64,000 nt of DNA from Neodothiora populina. Its lineage: Eukaryota. Of this stretch, positions 11,234 through 23,630 are shown one piece after another (the stretch's first letter is position 1; each line of letters opens with the position of its first letter). The stretch is from assembly GCF_041146345.1 (NCBI RefSeq), contig NW_027191409.1, positions 1,364,001 through 1,428,000 on the forward strand, written 5' to 3'. Below the pieces are notes generated by a model. That model was not told where the DNA came from, did no database searches, and worked only from the letters and a program-made list of their open reading frames with translations. The translations under genes were made by a program, and so were the position numbers.

Positions 11234-14200
11234 ATGTCCCGGCAACAGGTTGGATCGCGTTCCATTGATAGTCTGCAGGAAGCACATGATTTCTACAACC
11301 ACGTCCCCCCTACAGACACCTATGCCGCCTACGAAATGGAAGCCTCTCCTCCGCGACATGCACATGCAAATGTGAATGCAAACGCACACTACACATCGCT
11401 GGCAACGAGCGTGCTTCCGCGCTCTTCCTCCCGTTCGCCCACACGCACCACCGCCCGTTCCATATCGAGCCCTGTGCCGGAAGCGTCTGAAGCGTCCCAG
11501 GCGCCAGACCGGGAACACCTACCGCCTTCGTCCTCGCATTCACAGCAGCGCTCGATCAAAGACCTGGTCAATCGCTTCAACCAGACATCTGCTCCCTCGG
11601 ATGAGTCACACGCGGCCGTGCCGACGAGCAGAGACCGGTATAGGAGACCGCTGGAGACGAGGTCGAAGCTTCAGAAGCAGCCTCGATCACCCACCAAGTC
11701 GCGCACATCCAGTGCACCCCAGAGCAAATCTCACGCATCTCATGGCATTTCCAATGGTCTGGCCGCCGTCATCGCCCCCCACATTGCATTGAGCGGGATG
11801 AACGCTGCACAACCCACCAGGAAGTCCTCACCGCATCGCAAGCTGCAGAAACCTCTGTTCGGCGAGGTCAGCTACAATCGAGACGCTGCCTCGCACCCGG
11901 GCCATGGCATTCCTGTCCCGGTCCCTGCCTCTAGTCCTCCCACGAACCATCATGTACTTCCTGACCAGCATCCTGTGCAAGATTCGCGGCGAGTGTCCGA
12001 GGGCAGCTTACACTCATTACAACCTTCTCGATACCACAAAAGATCACGATCCGACGTCCAATACTACCCCCCTGCTCAACATGGAACGGCGAAAAATGGT
12101 TATTCCACCGTGAAGACGTCGGAGCTGTTGGCACACAAGCGGTCGAGGAGTGACATGACCTACGACCTGGAAACAGCCGGCAGATACTACTCGACCAAGG
12201 CATTTCCTCGCCCCGACGCCTCGCTATCGTCAACCCCTGCGAGGCAACCTTCTCCCATAACCACCACGCCAGATCGCCCTTCGCGCATACCCATCAGCAG
12301 TGCCCGACGCGCGGCGGGCAGCCAACCTACTTCACCCGTTCATCGCAGAGTCACTTCGCGGAACCATTTTCCTGGCCCGGCATCTCCCAAGTATCGTGAC
12401 ACCTCACCACCTCCAGTCTCATCGAGTCTTCCTACATTGACGACTAGACGCTACGACCCCTTTTCCGCCCGCAAAGCCCAGCCAGGACAGAGTCTTCAGG
12501 CTTTCATCAAGGCGGATCCGCCCCAGAAATCGCCACCGCTTAGGAGCTCTCGGCCACGGCAGCCAGTGTCTGCGGCATCGACAAGCTCCTCTCGCGCCAA
12601 AGCCGGCCGACGTCAAGAGTCCGGCGTGTCGGATAAAGCGGGCTCGCTCAACGAGTCCAGAAGCAACGGCCGCCTGCAGAAAAAGATACCCGAACTCGGA
12701 AAAGTAGACTTCGCTGAGAGAAGAGCTAGGATACAACGCGCTATAAGCGCAAACTTGCCAGACGAGTCCAAATCTGAGCAGAGCACCACTTCGGCAAGAA
12801 GCAGTATAAGTGGGGCGAACCGCTACAGCACTGGAGAAGGCGATGCTCTGATTGGCCAGCGCGTGTCATCTGACAACCACGCAGTGAATGGGCATCAATA
12901 CGATCCAAGTACGCAGACCCAACCATCGAATGCTTTGGGACTGACAGTGGAAGTGGATGGCCATGCTCTCGACTCCTTCTTGGATGGACCATATTCGGCA
13001 GGTACCAGTTTTGACACATCGCCTGTCGTCACTTCCGGGGCCGATGTATTGACGCATGATGCCACCAGCGTTCCGGATGCGGCTGCCACGACACAGCACG
13101 GTGCCGAGAACACCGATACATTACTTAGCCAGGTCATGCGCATGCGCGAGAGGAGCACTTCCAGCGCATCACGCACAGACATCGAATCATCGCCTAATGT
13201 CTCCGGCCTCACTTCGCCAGTCGCTTCCGAGCTCGATGATCGAGGATCAATCCGCATTATGCTGGACGGTCCCTCGACTGCACCTCAAGATGAATTGTGG
13301 CTCCCGGAACCCGAACCTGCCACGGCGAGACAGGAACACTTCCCGCCAGAGCCCACATCTGCTAGACTGAATAAATTTCCCTCCTCAAGCGGCAACACTT
13401 CTTTGGATTCTGAGAACGAGAGCTTCGACAGTGACGAAGCCGAGGTTGGCTCCTCGCCGTGGACAGGGGCAGAAAGCCCTGTGGTGCCAGAGACACCAAA
13501 GAAGGCGCAGACCCTGAGTCCGAATAATTATTTTGAGGATGACGACGTCACGCCGCGGCAACCAGCGAGGGTCGGCCGATCGTCGTTACTGACAATAAGC
13601 AGCAGTGAGTGGAACCGGGACAGCGATGCTTACCATGCTGTGAGTCGCATACTCGAGCAGTACAGAAGTTCTGGAGACATGACTCCGGACATGCGCCACG
13701 ATTTTGCACGCCAAGTCTCGCTTCTGTCCCCTGATCTCTCGAAGATGGATGGTGGTTCGGATGCTGGCACGATAAAGGTTCTCTTGGACAGTCTCCTTGC
13801 AGACCAATATGCATTCAACGAGCAGAAATTGCAACCACCACCGGAATCGCCTTATCCCGCAACCACGCTGTATAGTCCTGCAGATCCGGGCATCATGGAC
13901 TCCCCAGAAGACGAGTTCAAGCCAGGGACTGCGATAATCTTCACACCGCCGAGGAGACATTCGTTCGATGACGACGAAGACAAGAGGGATACGCATGTCG
14001 AGATGAAGCAACTCAACAGTCTGTCACCGTCGAGTCTTGCTGTCAACACTCCTGCCTCGCAATTTGAGACTCAACCAGATGCGATCCCTGGCGCCGAGGA
14101 TGAAGAGTTTCGCCCGATTCCACCTCCGAAAGACGAAAAGTATTCCCCCAGGTCTAGTGCGGGCCACATTTATCAGTCCCTTGATGCCCTGCCCGCTTCT

Positions 14201-17008
14201 GCACCTCAGAGTCGATCATCTGTATCTGGACCGACGTCAATCCATCATAGTCGATCCATGGAGCCTCTGCGTTTGCCAGATATCCCTACTGGACAAGGAC
14301 TCGGCCTCGCGATTTCTGTGGAACCTCCGAGCACCACCTCGACAATTCCACCTCAGCTGCCACTGCATTCTCCTCCCCCGCCACCCCCACCAGCAAACTC
14401 AACGAAACCGACTGAACTACTCATGAACAAAATCCCACTAGGAGCGGCGGCAGCGAGCCTACCTACCAGCCCGACAGAGCTCAAATCTATTGCAGCAGAG
14501 GATCGTTTCAGGAACTTTTCCACCCCGGCTCGGCCATCGACTGAGTCTAGGCGAAAGCCTGAACCGATCATTCTTCCTCCCTCGCAGTCCATCACTTCTT
14601 TTCAGTCTGACCGCGGTCATTCGATTGACGAGTCAGTAACGAGCTCGACGCAACCTCCGACCCCAAACCCGGAGGCTAAGCGACTCCTCAAGCGCAAAAA
14701 TGTCATTAAAGAGCTTGTGGATACGGAGTACTCCTACCATCAGGACATGAAGATCATCGAAGATATCTACAAGGGTACAGTCGGAGAAATGATTACTGCA
14801 GAAGACAAGAAAACCCTGTTCGGCAATTCAGATCAAGTCGAGAGCTTCTCTCTCGAGTTCTACGACTCGCTCCGCCGTGCTGTCACCGGCGTGTATGTAC
14901 CACCCAAGTCTCTGAGGTGGCAGAGCAAGCGAGGCAGTTTCTCCACCAGCAACAGTCACGAACGGGAATCTATGATTGACATGCCGGACGAAGAGCGCGA
15001 TGCAACCACTAGGGTCGGCGAGGTCTTTGCGCATTTCTTGACACAGATGGAGAGGGTCTACGGTGCATATCTCAAGAATCACGATGCTGCGAACCAGAGA
15101 CTGGCCAAGCTTCAGTCCGACACCACTGTCAAGTGCTGGCTGGATATGTGCCACAACAATGCAAGCGACATCACTTCAGCCTGGGATCTGGATTCACTAC
15201 TTGTCAAGCCGGTGCAGCGCATCCTGAAGTACCCGCTTCTGTTGCAGCAGCTCGTGGAGTCGACACCTCCCAGTCATCCCGATCACAAGGCTTTGGAGTA
15301 CTCTGTCAAAGAGGTCATGAACGTCACCCATCGCATTAATGAGGCCAAGAAGCGAGCAGATCTTGTCGAGCAGATGGTCACCCGTAAACGAAAGGAGTCT
15401 GATGTGCGAAGTGGCCTTGCCAAAGCGTTTGGTAGGCGCACCGAGAAGCTCAAGGAAAGGGTGGGCATAGCAGAGGCGTACCAAGACCCTGTTTTTGATG
15501 ACCTCGCTCATAAATTCGGCGGGCATTTCATCAGACTCCAGGTGTGCATGCGCGACGTGCAGGGCTCGATCGCCGAGGTCGACAAGGCTGTCAACCATTT
15601 CCTTGAATTCGCGAATGCGCTTGAGGCCTTCATCGAAGTCGCCCCCAGCTCCAGCCCTGAGATCGAGAGCAAGTGGAGGAAATTTGTCTTGGCTATCCGA
15701 GAACTCGCAACGGTGGCGATGCCTGACCACAAGATGAAAATTCAGAATCATGTGATCAAGCCGATGCTGACTGCAATCGAATTGCACAAGGGCCCGCAAA
15801 ACGCCATTCAGAAACGAAAGAAACGAATCTTGGATTACGCAAAGTGCAAGACTATGGAAAAGGCTGGCCAGAAACCAGACAGGAAGACCATTGAAGCATC
15901 CGAGATGTACGAAGCTTTGAATGAACAGCTCAAGATTGACCTGCCGAAGCTCTATAGCTTGACTGCGGCACTCATCAAGGCATGTCTCGACAGCAATGTG
16001 TTTTTACAGACTCAATGGATGTGGCTCTGGAAAGAGAAGCTTGCTCCGGTCATTGACTACTCACCACGACATGAAGACCCAGACGCACGCGGATCGAAAT
16101 TACTCGACACCGTCATGCCAAGCTTCCTCGCCGACTTCGATGTCGTACACTCTCATGTTCTGAGTCTAGCCATCTGCAACGGGTCGTTATTGGCTGATGC
16201 AGCAAACTTCCTGTCACCACAAACAACGCTTATTGGAGACGAGTCAGCCATGCCATCCCGAGCAACTTCCCGTTCTCGTCGTCCTTCGAACATCAGCAGT
16301 GGCAAGAGTGGCCGAAAGCTGTCCATCGGCAGCGAAACTTCGCCGTACCTGATATCGCCCGATCTGGAGAAATCGTTTGCTTTTCCTCTCTCGCCCAACA
16401 TGAACTCATTTCCCAATGGGCAGCCTGGTTTCTACGGCCGTATGCGTTCAAGCTCCTCGTTGTCTGCCACTCGTGGTAGGACTCCAACAATCCCTCAAGG
16501 CAACAGCTCCAGTAATTTGAGCAACTCGCGTATGCCGTCTCTGACGTCCAAGTCTTCTTTTACAGCCAACCGCCCCGCTACAGCCAACAATCGACCCTCT
16601 GATCTGCCACATTCGCAATCGTACAACAGTGTGGATCCTGCTGGTAAGGAGGCGCGGCCGAGCTCTGGCACTAGTTACTTCACAGCAGCTCAGGATCGTT
16701 TCAGCGGCATGTTCAGCAGTGCCATGCCAATGTCGGACTCTCCCACAGGTGGAACTGCGCCAACGTCCCCAAAGCATGCTCCGGACGATACACATGTCAT
16801 GTTCGTTGCCGCGAGTCTCTTCGAGTTCAATATTGATCGTGCACGAAGAGAAGCCGGGTACCCTTACCTCACCTATGTGGAAGGGGAAGTCTTTGATGTT
16901 GTGGCGCAAAAGGGCGAGCTCTGGCTGGCTAAGAACCAAGACGATCACACTAATTCTCTTGGCTGGATTTGGGAACAGCACTTTGTCATATTGAGTCAAG
17001 ATGCATAG
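11234..17008 (+). CDS. Rho guanine-nucleotide exchange factor with DH, BAR-like and C-terminal SH3-like domains (Tuba/DNMBP-like architecture)
   Basis: Uninterrupted 1924-aa ORF; KRKNVIKELVDTEYSY and SLLVKPVQRILKYPLLL (DH); helical KRKKRILDY...YEALNEQLKIDLPKL (BAR-like); ASLFEFN...YLTYVEGEVFDVV...GWIW (SH3-like). Confidence 0.9.
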   Translation: MSRQQVGSRSIDSLQEAHDFYNHVPPTDTYAAYEMEASPPRHAHANVNANAHYTSLATSVLPRSSSRSPTRTTARSISSPVPEASEASQAPDREHLPPSSSHSQQRSIKDLVNRFNQTSAPSDESHAAVPTSRDRYRRPLETRSKLQKQPRSPTKSRTSSAPQSKSHASHGISNGLAAVIAPHIALSGMNAAQPTRKSSPHRKLQKPLFGEVSYNRDAASHPGHGIPVPVPASSPPTNHHVLPDQHPVQDSRRVSEGSLHSLQPSRYHKRSRSDVQYYPPAQHGTAKNGYSTVKTSELLAHKRSRSDMTYDLETAGRYYSTKAFPRPDASLSSTPARQPSPITTTPDRPSRIPISSARRAAGSQPTSPVHRRVTSRNHFPGPASPKYRDTSPPPVSSSLPTLTTRRYDPFSARKAQPGQSLQAFIKADPPQKSPPLRSSRPRQPVSAASTSSSRAKAGRRQESGVSDKAGSLNESRSNGRLQKKIPELGKVDFAERRARIQRAISANLPDESKSEQSTTSARSSISGANRYSTGEGDALIGQRVSSDNHAVNGHQYDPSTQTQPSNALGLTVEVDGHALDSFLDGPYSAGTSFDTSPVVTSGADVLTHDATSVPDAAATTQHGAENTDTLLSQVMRMRERSTSSASRTDIESSPNVSGLTSPVASELDDRGSIRIMLDGPSTAPQDELWLPEPEPATARQEHFPPEPTSARLNKFPSSSGNTSLDSENESFDSDEAEVGSSPWTGAESPVVPETPKKAQTLSPNNYFEDDDVTPRQPARVGRSSLLTISSSEWNRDSDAYHAVSRILEQYRSSGDMTPDMRHDFARQVSLLSPDLSKMDGGSDAGTIKVLLDSLLADQYAFNEQKLQPPPESPYPATTLYSPADPGIMDSPEDEFKPGTAIIFTPPRRHSFDDDEDKRDTHVEMKQLNSLSPSSLAVNTPASQFETQPDAIPGAEDEEFRPIPPPKDEKYSPRSSAGHIYQSLDALPASAPQSRSSVSGPTSIHHSRSMEPLRLPDIPTGQGLGLAISVEPPSTTSTIPPQLPLHSPPPPPPPANSTKPTELLMNKIPLGAAAASLPTSPTELKSIAAEDRFRNFSTPARPSTESRRKPEPIILPPSQSITSFQSDRGHSIDESVTSSTQPPTPNPEAKRLLKRKNVIKELVDTEYSYHQDMKIIEDIYKGTVGEMITAEDKKTLFGNSDQVESFSLEFYDSLRRAVTGVYVPPKSLRWQSKRGSFSTSNSHERESMIDMPDEERDATTRVGEVFAHFLTQMERVYGAYLKNHDAANQRLAKLQSDTTVKCWLDMCHNNASDITSAWDLDSLLVKPVQRILKYPLLLQQLVESTPPSHPDHKALEYSVKEVMNVTHRINEAKKRADLVEQMVTRKRKESDVRSGLAKAFGRRTEKLKERVGIAEAYQDPVFDDLAHKFGGHFIRLQVCMRDVQGSIAEVDKAVNHFLEFANALEAFIEVAPSSSPEIESKWRKFVLAIRELATVAMPDHKMKIQNHVIKPMLTAIELHKGPQNAIQKRKKRILDYAKCKTMEKAGQKPDRKTIEASEMYEALNEQLKIDLPKLYSLTAALIKACLDSNVFLQTQWMWLWKEKLAPVIDYSPRHEDPDARGSKLLDTVMPSFLADFDVVHSHVLSLAICNGSLLADAANFLSPQTTLIGDESAMPSRATSRSRRPSNISSGKSGRKLSIGSETSPYLISPDLEKSFAFPLSPNMNSFPNGQPGFYGRMRSSSSLSATRGRTPTIPQGNSSSNLSNSRMPSLTSKSSFTANRPATANNRPSDLPHSQSYNSVDPAGKEARPSSGTSYFTAAQDRFSGMFSSAMPMSDSPTGGTAPTSPKHAPDDTHVMFVAASLFEFNIDRARREAGYPYLTYVEGEVFDVVAQKGELWLAKNQDDHTNSLGWIWEQHFVILSQDA

Positions 17009-17532
17009 TCATGATACCCCGTCCCCTCCCTTCTTGCAGGCAAACCGCGGAGGAGCAGCAGCATCTTTTCTCCCTTTTTTTGTCCTGTTTCTCTTTGTCT
17101 TATATACCACTTTCTGACAAATATGCTCTTACGGCCTGTATATTTTGGGGGGTTATGTCCTAGAAGCCTCGGCGCTTTTTCTGTCCTTTTTCACTTGATT
17201 GAACCAGCATGACGCTTTTTGTGGACAATGTCCCATTCTTTTTTGACACTTTCTCTTCCAATTGGAATCAAAAGATTTCCCATCTTTTTAACCTATGGTT
17301 AGATCATCATACTCGCGCCCTCGGCTGTTACAGTATACTTTCCTTCCAAGCGTTTCTTTCTATTTTGAGATATCCAATCCACACCAAATGTCCCGTGTCC
17401 TATCTTGCCTCCTGCTTTGAATACGCTTTTTGCTATATTCTATATTGCAACTCCAGCAAGCAATGGCGAGCAAGGCATTGGCATGCCATTCTTCCTTCTT
17501 CGCCCATTTTTGCACATATTTTTATTTCAGAC

Positions 17533-17805
17533 ACCACACACAGAGAGAGAGGGGGGAGAGAGGGGAGAGGGACCACACGCACACAAACATCCATATACGA
17601 GAAAATGCATATATACATACACAACAAACACAGAACAGAACAGACAGACAGAACAGATAGAGATACACAGATACCACAGCAACGAACTATACGTCCCGCC
17701 TTCCATCTTCGATATTTTGTTCTCCTTCTGGTTACGTAGTGAATGGATTCTAGCCATGACAGCAGCAGTCAGTAGCACGAGCGGTAGCAGTAGCAGCAGC
17801 AGTAG
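17533..17805. repeat. Compound simple-sequence region (CA, GA, ACAG and AGC/AGT tracts)
   Basis: acacacagagagagagggggagagagg, acagaacagaacagacagacag, agcagtagcagcagcagtagt. Confidence 0.7.
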
Positions 17806-19128
17806 TGTTCTATCCGTCGTACCATGAGCTATACTACCCACTGTATCCCTTATCTCTCTGCTCCTTTGCATATGTGTCATATGACCGCTTTTCCTGTTAC
17901 CTTGGCAAACCCCACCCAGCAGACCAGAGCTTTTACACAATCCCTCCCTCGTCGATGGATCTCAAGGAGAGATCGGGCAAAGTACAGACTTACAAGGGGA
18001 ATTGAAGCGTCTTTGCTCATATCTACCATACCCTGTCAAGACCAGACGAATACGAAAGAAGAGAAATGAAAAGAACAATGCAAGCGTTAGGCCATATAGA
18101 TACTTATCATTCTACGAACAGGCTAGCCTTGGCGGGTTTTATGGTTGGTTGACGGACAGGGTCGCCCCCCTTAATCAACGATAATTGGCAGGGGAAACAT
18201 ACGAATCAACAATGGCTGGGACTCGTGTTTCGTGCTTTTCTTGTCAGGTAATTTGAGGACGATAGGGACAACGTCAGGTAGACCGTAGCTTGATTGGTGC
18301 CTCTACTTGCTTGCTTGACTGTTCAGGGCAAGCTGGGATATTCGGGAGGGTGTTGGCCTTTCAAGACTTTGTTTTCTTTTTGGAGACCTATGGACGATAC
18401 AGGCCACTGCTGTGGGGACATAAGTGATCCGTGAGTATAGGGATAGAAGGGATAAGTGGAGGAGCTGTGAGTGAAAATGATGGCTGAATTCCCGTGCTGT
18501 GCTTCTCTTGCTAGTTTCCTCATCGCGTTCACCAGTCAGTCTCTGCGCTTTTCGCCTTTTCCTTCATCATGCCTGCCACTGGCTTCGTCTTAATTATGAC
18601 GAGGAAGATACGGGAGGTTTTGTGTCAGGGTCATAAGACTTGTAAGGTTGCGAGGTCCAGAAGCTCGTCGTTTCAATCTATCGAAGAAAGGCGTAGGACC
18701 TGTTTTTGTTTCGTCCGATGAGATGCAGTATTCGCATTGCTTCATAACCAGGCCGCCCTCAAAAAGCATATCACTGAGGCTGCATCGTATCGTATCTGGC
18801 TTCCTGGGATGGCCGCCTCTTGGAGACCCGCAAAGACTGTACAAGACCGTTGATGGCGATAGGATGGAATGGCCACTTGCTTATGGAACAAGAGTAGGTC
18901 AAATCATAATAGATCGTTACACGGTTAGTGTACGAGCCTTGTGGATGATTTCCCAAACAGGATCGACCTCCATCTCCAAGATTCCACTGGCTGAGCAGGG
19001 TAGGTACACGATACCTCGTTTGCAACCTCAGCAGAAAGAGCAGTGTGTGCAGATTTTGTTCCATGCATATACGGAGATGATCACAGGAACTAGTCCTATT
19101 GTCCACAGCCAAAAGTATGTAGCCGCTC

Positions 19129-19641
19129 TTAGCTGTCGACCTGAGCAGACTGAGAAATATCTTGGTCGTCTTCTTCAACGCCAAAGAGTACTTTCAACCA
19201 CAGACTGCATCCTCTGCACCCGATGATGAGTTCGCCCGATTTGGACTCCTTTTCGAGATCGTTCTCAGTGACAATAAAACCCTGCTCTTGCCCGCAGCGA
19301 CACCCCCTCCACCAGTCGCCTGTTGTCTCATCATAGTCGAGATCATCAAGATCAACGATAACTAATCCGGTATATGAGATCTTATCGGTGCCTTTGTCAC
19401 GGGCCGCCTGGCTCAGCCGAAGTTCTCGATCATAAGCAGCTTTTGCAGCAGGTTCAGCAAGCGTCTTGTATGCTAGAGTGATAGCATCGACAGTCTGCTG
19501 CTGCTCTGCCTGAGGTTCCACAGCCTTGTCCGGATGGTGTTGTAGCAAGGCACGCCTGTATGCCTGTTTGACTTCCGGAGCGGTCAAGCTCGCATCAAAT
19601 TGCCGCCGAGCCAGATCGAGAGTCTCATAATGATTTCTCAT
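19129..19641 (-). CDS. DPH4: Diphthamide biosynthesis protein 4 (J-domain + CSL zinc finger)
   Basis: NHYETL...KQAYRRALLQHHPDK J-domain; VDLDDL, CRCG and CRGCSLW CSL finger. Confidence 0.95.
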   Translation of the reverse strand: MRNHYETLDLARRQFDASLTAPEVKQAYRRALLQHHPDKAVEPQAEQQQTVDAITLAYKTLAEPAAKAAYDRELRLSQAARDKGTDKISYTGLVIVDLDDLDYDETTGDWWRGCRCGQEQGFIVTENDLEKESKSGELIIGCRGCSLWLKVLFGVEEDDQDISQSAQVDS

Positions 19642-21073
19642 TTGAGATCTTAGCCCCTGACTCTGCTAAATATATACATGCGGCCTGCGCTGTACACTCC
19701 TTTTCTCTCTCTCGATTCTTTTTGTTCTATCGTGAGGAAAGAACAAGGATAATCATTCCAGAAAGGCGTGAATCACAGATGATGCTCCTGAGCAAGATTA
19801 GAGGGGTCCTAGCAAAGAAGCCGAGCTTTTTGCGCAAAGGCTTTTTCGGCCCATGACTGAATTACGGAAGTGCAGCCGGTACTGTACTCCAGTGGAGCTA
19901 CTTCCTGAAACAGCATGGCTTTTCTCACTGTTTAATTGCTCAGGTACAGCCGCGGGACCTGATTTGCACCGATCCTTCCTGTGACGAATCTAGCAAAACC
20001 CCGTCACATCCAATAGATGGGGCGGAGATGAACCAGCGAAATGAACGTGTGATGATCCCGTGGCTTGCGAGGCAACGCGGCGTGTCGCTGCTACTGTAAG
20101 TCACCGTTTCTTCAACATCGACGACGATTTGCCGCACCGGTACAGCAGATCTGTCCACGGAATCCGAATGAGAGCAGTAGACCAGAGCAAAGCACCTGCG
20201 TTAATCTACAGACACGGGTAAAGCGATGATGCATCCATCCGTTCGCTGCCACCGTGTATCAGCTAACAACGTGACAACAAACATCACACGAGCCAAGGTG
20301 TGTGGCGTTGTCCTTTTCCATTTCCCATGCAACCAGCACGCATGTAGTAGTAGCACAATAATAGGTAGACAGCATTCTGTTTCCGGGGGGCGATCCACAT
20401 AACACAATGTTTCCTGGGGTCACGTCAGCATCAAGCTCAATGCGACTACACTCCAGAGACAGCGGGCTCAACAATTGGTTCAAGGTACGGTATGGTACGC
20501 CTGGGATCATGGTCCTCCGTGGGCTAAGGTTGCTAGCAATAAAGTCACAACTTGTGTGTGTGTGCGTGCTGTCTCGCGAATCAAAGCCGCGCGGATGGGG
20601 TCTGTGGGTTCGTATTTTGCTGGTGCACTCAGGCGGATGATGCAGTACCTGAACCAAGCGGCGAGTCAAGATACTAATTGTGGCAATGCTTTAACCGCGA
20701 AAGGTATGGTGGCCGTGGTGATCCTGGCCCGATCTCCACATAATCTCTTCCCAATACCACACTGGTCCTTGACATTGGGTGTCTGTTACTGTCACCGGCC
20801 AGAACCTTCTCATGGCCACACTGGCGTCAGCGATCGCTGCGGATCCGCGATGCAGGTACAAAGAACTTCGCTTTTCCACTCTTTCTCCAATCTTTCCTTT
20901 CTCACTCCTCGTATTCACTCGACGAACCACCTTCGTTTTTTCCTACTCTACGATCTCTTTTCCTTTGACACAGCCAAATCAAGGAAAAAGTCACTCCCTA
21001 GGATAACATACTCACATCTTTCACTACATTCGTTTTCAAAACCAGTTCAGAGACTCTCTGATCATTTACCATA

Positions 21074-22591
21074 ATGCGTTCTTCTCTCTACACTCTCGCT
21101 GGCAGCGCTGCCACCGCCCTCGCCTCCGTCCGCGGGTTCAACTATGCTTCCCAGAGCCAGACTTACGAGACCTTCGTCTCTCAGTTTAACACCGCTGCCG
21201 GTCTCGTCGGTGCTGATGACTTCACCAGCGCCCGTCTCTACACCATGATCCAGGACGGCACTGCCAACACTGTCATCTCGGCCATCCCCGCCGCCATTGC
21301 CACCAACACCACTCTCCTCATCGGTCTCTGGGCCTCCGAGAACCAGGACGCTTTCAACAACGAGCTCACTGCCCTCAAGAATGCCATCTCCCAGTACGGC
21401 TCTCAGTTTGCCGATCTTGTTGTCGGTATCTCCGTTGGTAGCGAGGATCTTTACCGCAACTCCCCCACCGGTATCGCTGCCAACAGCGGTTACGGCCAGG
21501 AGCCCGATGTCATCGTTGACTACATCGGTCAAGTCCGCAAGCTCATCCAGGGCACCACTCTCGGCTCCAAGCCTGTCGGTCACGTCGACACCTGGAACGA
21601 CTTCGTCAACGGCTCAAACTCTGCCGTCGTCGCCGCCTCCGACTTCCTCGGTCTTGACGAGTACCCCTTCTACCAGACCACTGATGACAACGACGTCCAG
21701 AACGGTGGTGACCTCTTCTTCGAGGCCTACGACAAGGTCAACGCTGTTGCTGGCGGCAAGCCCATCTGGATCACCGAGACTGGCTGGCCCGTGTCTGGCG
21801 ACAACTCTGGCAAGGCTGTTGCCAGCACCGACAACGCTGAGATCTACTGGCAGCAGGTTGCTTGCGAGCTCCAGTCCCGCAACATCGACTTCTGGTGGTA
21901 CATCCTCGCTGACTCTGGTGCCTCTCCCTCTTTCGGTGTGACCGAGACTCTTGGCCAGGAGACTCCTCTCTACAACCTCGCCTGCAAGAATGCCAAGTCC
22001 TCTTCTTCTTCCGCTTCTTCCTCCAAGACCAGCGTCTCCAGCGTCGCTCAGGCCTCTACTCCTAGCAGCACTGCCGCCGCCACCACTGTTTCCAAGCCCA
22101 ACCCCGTCCCCAGCGCTGGTTTTGCTTCCGGAACTGGTGCCGTCGCCTCTGGTAACGCTACCGAGCCCACCGTCTACGTGACCGATGTCATCAAGACCAC
22201 CGTCACCACTTGCCCCGTTGGTCAGACCCTCACCGTTGGTGGCTCTACCACCGTCCTCGCCACCCCCAGTGTCTTCACCACCACCTACAGCACCCAGTCA
22301 ACCGTCTCCACTGTCGTCCCCGTCTCCAGCGCTCTTGTTGGTGCCGTCGGATCTGGAGCCGTTCCCTCTGGGACCGGTGTCGCCCCCGTCGGCACCGCTG
22401 GTGCCACTGGTGGTGCTATGGGCGGTGCTGGTGGTGCTTCCACCCTCGCCTCCTCCTGGGCAGCCGGTCAGACCCCCAGCGCCACCAGCCCTGGTGCTCC
22501 CGGATCCACCTACGCCGGTGCCGCCTCCAAGGTTGACGGCTCCATGGCCGCCCTTGCCCTCGGTGCCGTCGCTGCTGTTTTCGCTTTGTAA
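21074..22591 (+). CDS. eglC: GH17 endo-1,3-beta-glucosidase, GPI-anchored, EglC-like
   Basis: Signal peptide, FTSARLYT, ISVGSEDLYR, GHVDTW, WITETGWP; Ser/Thr stalk; hydrophobic C-terminus; strong C-ending codon bias. Confidence 0.9.
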   Translation: MRSSLYTLAGSAATALASVRGFNYASQSQTYETFVSQFNTAAGLVGADDFTSARLYTMIQDGTANTVISAIPAAIATNTTLLIGLWASENQDAFNNELTALKNAISQYGSQFADLVVGISVGSEDLYRNSPTGIAANSGYGQEPDVIVDYIGQVRKLIQGTTLGSKPVGHVDTWNDFVNGSNSAVVAASDFLGLDEYPFYQTTDDNDVQNGGDLFFEAYDKVNAVAGGKPIWITETGWPVSGDNSGKAVASTDNAEIYWQQVACELQSRNIDFWWYILADSGASPSFGVTETLGQETPLYNLACKNAKSSSSSASSSKTSVSSVAQASTPSSTAAATTVSKPNPVPSAGFASGTGAVASGNATEPTVYVTDVIKTTVTTCPVGQTLTVGGSTTVLATPSVFTTTYSTQSTVSTVVPVSSALVGAVGSGAVPSGTGVAPVGTAGATGGAMGGAGGASTLASSWAAGQTPSATSPGAPGSTYAGAASKVDGSMAALALGAVAAVFAL

Positions 22592-23630
22592 ATTCAGGGC
22601 GGGCAGGTACCTCCTCTTGTGGACTTGAACGATGTAATACGAGCATATAGATAAATGTGGAGCAAATCATGCGTCTTCAGCGACCATATTCTCCATGTCT
22701 CTTGCTAGTTGCATGCTTCGATTTCGCACGACAAAAGCAAATCATGTAATTAAGCATCATCTTTTTTTCTGACGAGTACATTCCTTCTCGAAGCGGCTTT
22801 TTCTTCTTGCGGCTCTGTGTGTAATTATATGCAAGCCACCACCTTTTTTCAAACTTTCTCTCAGTCGAACATATCATGGTCACAAGGGGTTGTGGCTTTT
22901 TGTTGTACGATTTGAACCATCTCCAGAGTGTCGCTATCAAGTCTCACGAGTTTCTTTATTGAGTCGACTTTCTTGTGCATAAACATGTATTTGTGCGACG
23001 GAGTACAAATAATGTCATTCTTACTACCATTGCATCGAATACAAATGTCACCCCTAATCATTTCTCCAGAACCTATGTCTGCGTGCGCTTTTTTTTGTTG
23101 TGAATATACCTTGGTTCCAGAGAGAAAAGTCATAGCAAAGTGGTGAATCGAGATAGAGTGCTGTCCAAGTAGTAGCTTCTTCCCTCAATTCGATCTCATT
23201 CTATACCGAGCATAGACGTGTGATAACAACCCTGCTATCAATATATCTTGGCCTCCCCTTCTTCGTATATGCGAAAGTAGCGAGCAATGGACCTACATCT
23301 CGGACAAGCCACCCGGAGTTTGGAAGTATATATAATAACGCATGAAGTATTGTTTTTCAGATCACGAGGACCTCTCCATCATATACGTAGCTTTATGAGG
23401 GATGGGACTGACTGCCCTTTTCCCTGAAACGTCTACGGAGGACTTAGCTCAACATTCACGAAAAGGATGGAAAGAATGTTTCGTTTGCACTTTACCTGTC
23501 TTCGATTGTATCACGAACAGAAAGATGACATTGACATTATGCGACGATCACCAAGCGAGTGATATACCTAGGCTTGTATATGTATTCTTGTGATTACACC
23601 ATTGCTTTTCTTGTTTCTTTATACTTCTCA

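Noticed and set aside
18648..19226. 192-aa plus-strand ORF overlapping the DPH4 3' end
   Set aside because: TTG start, no domain, overlaps a real gene; not supportable as a CDS
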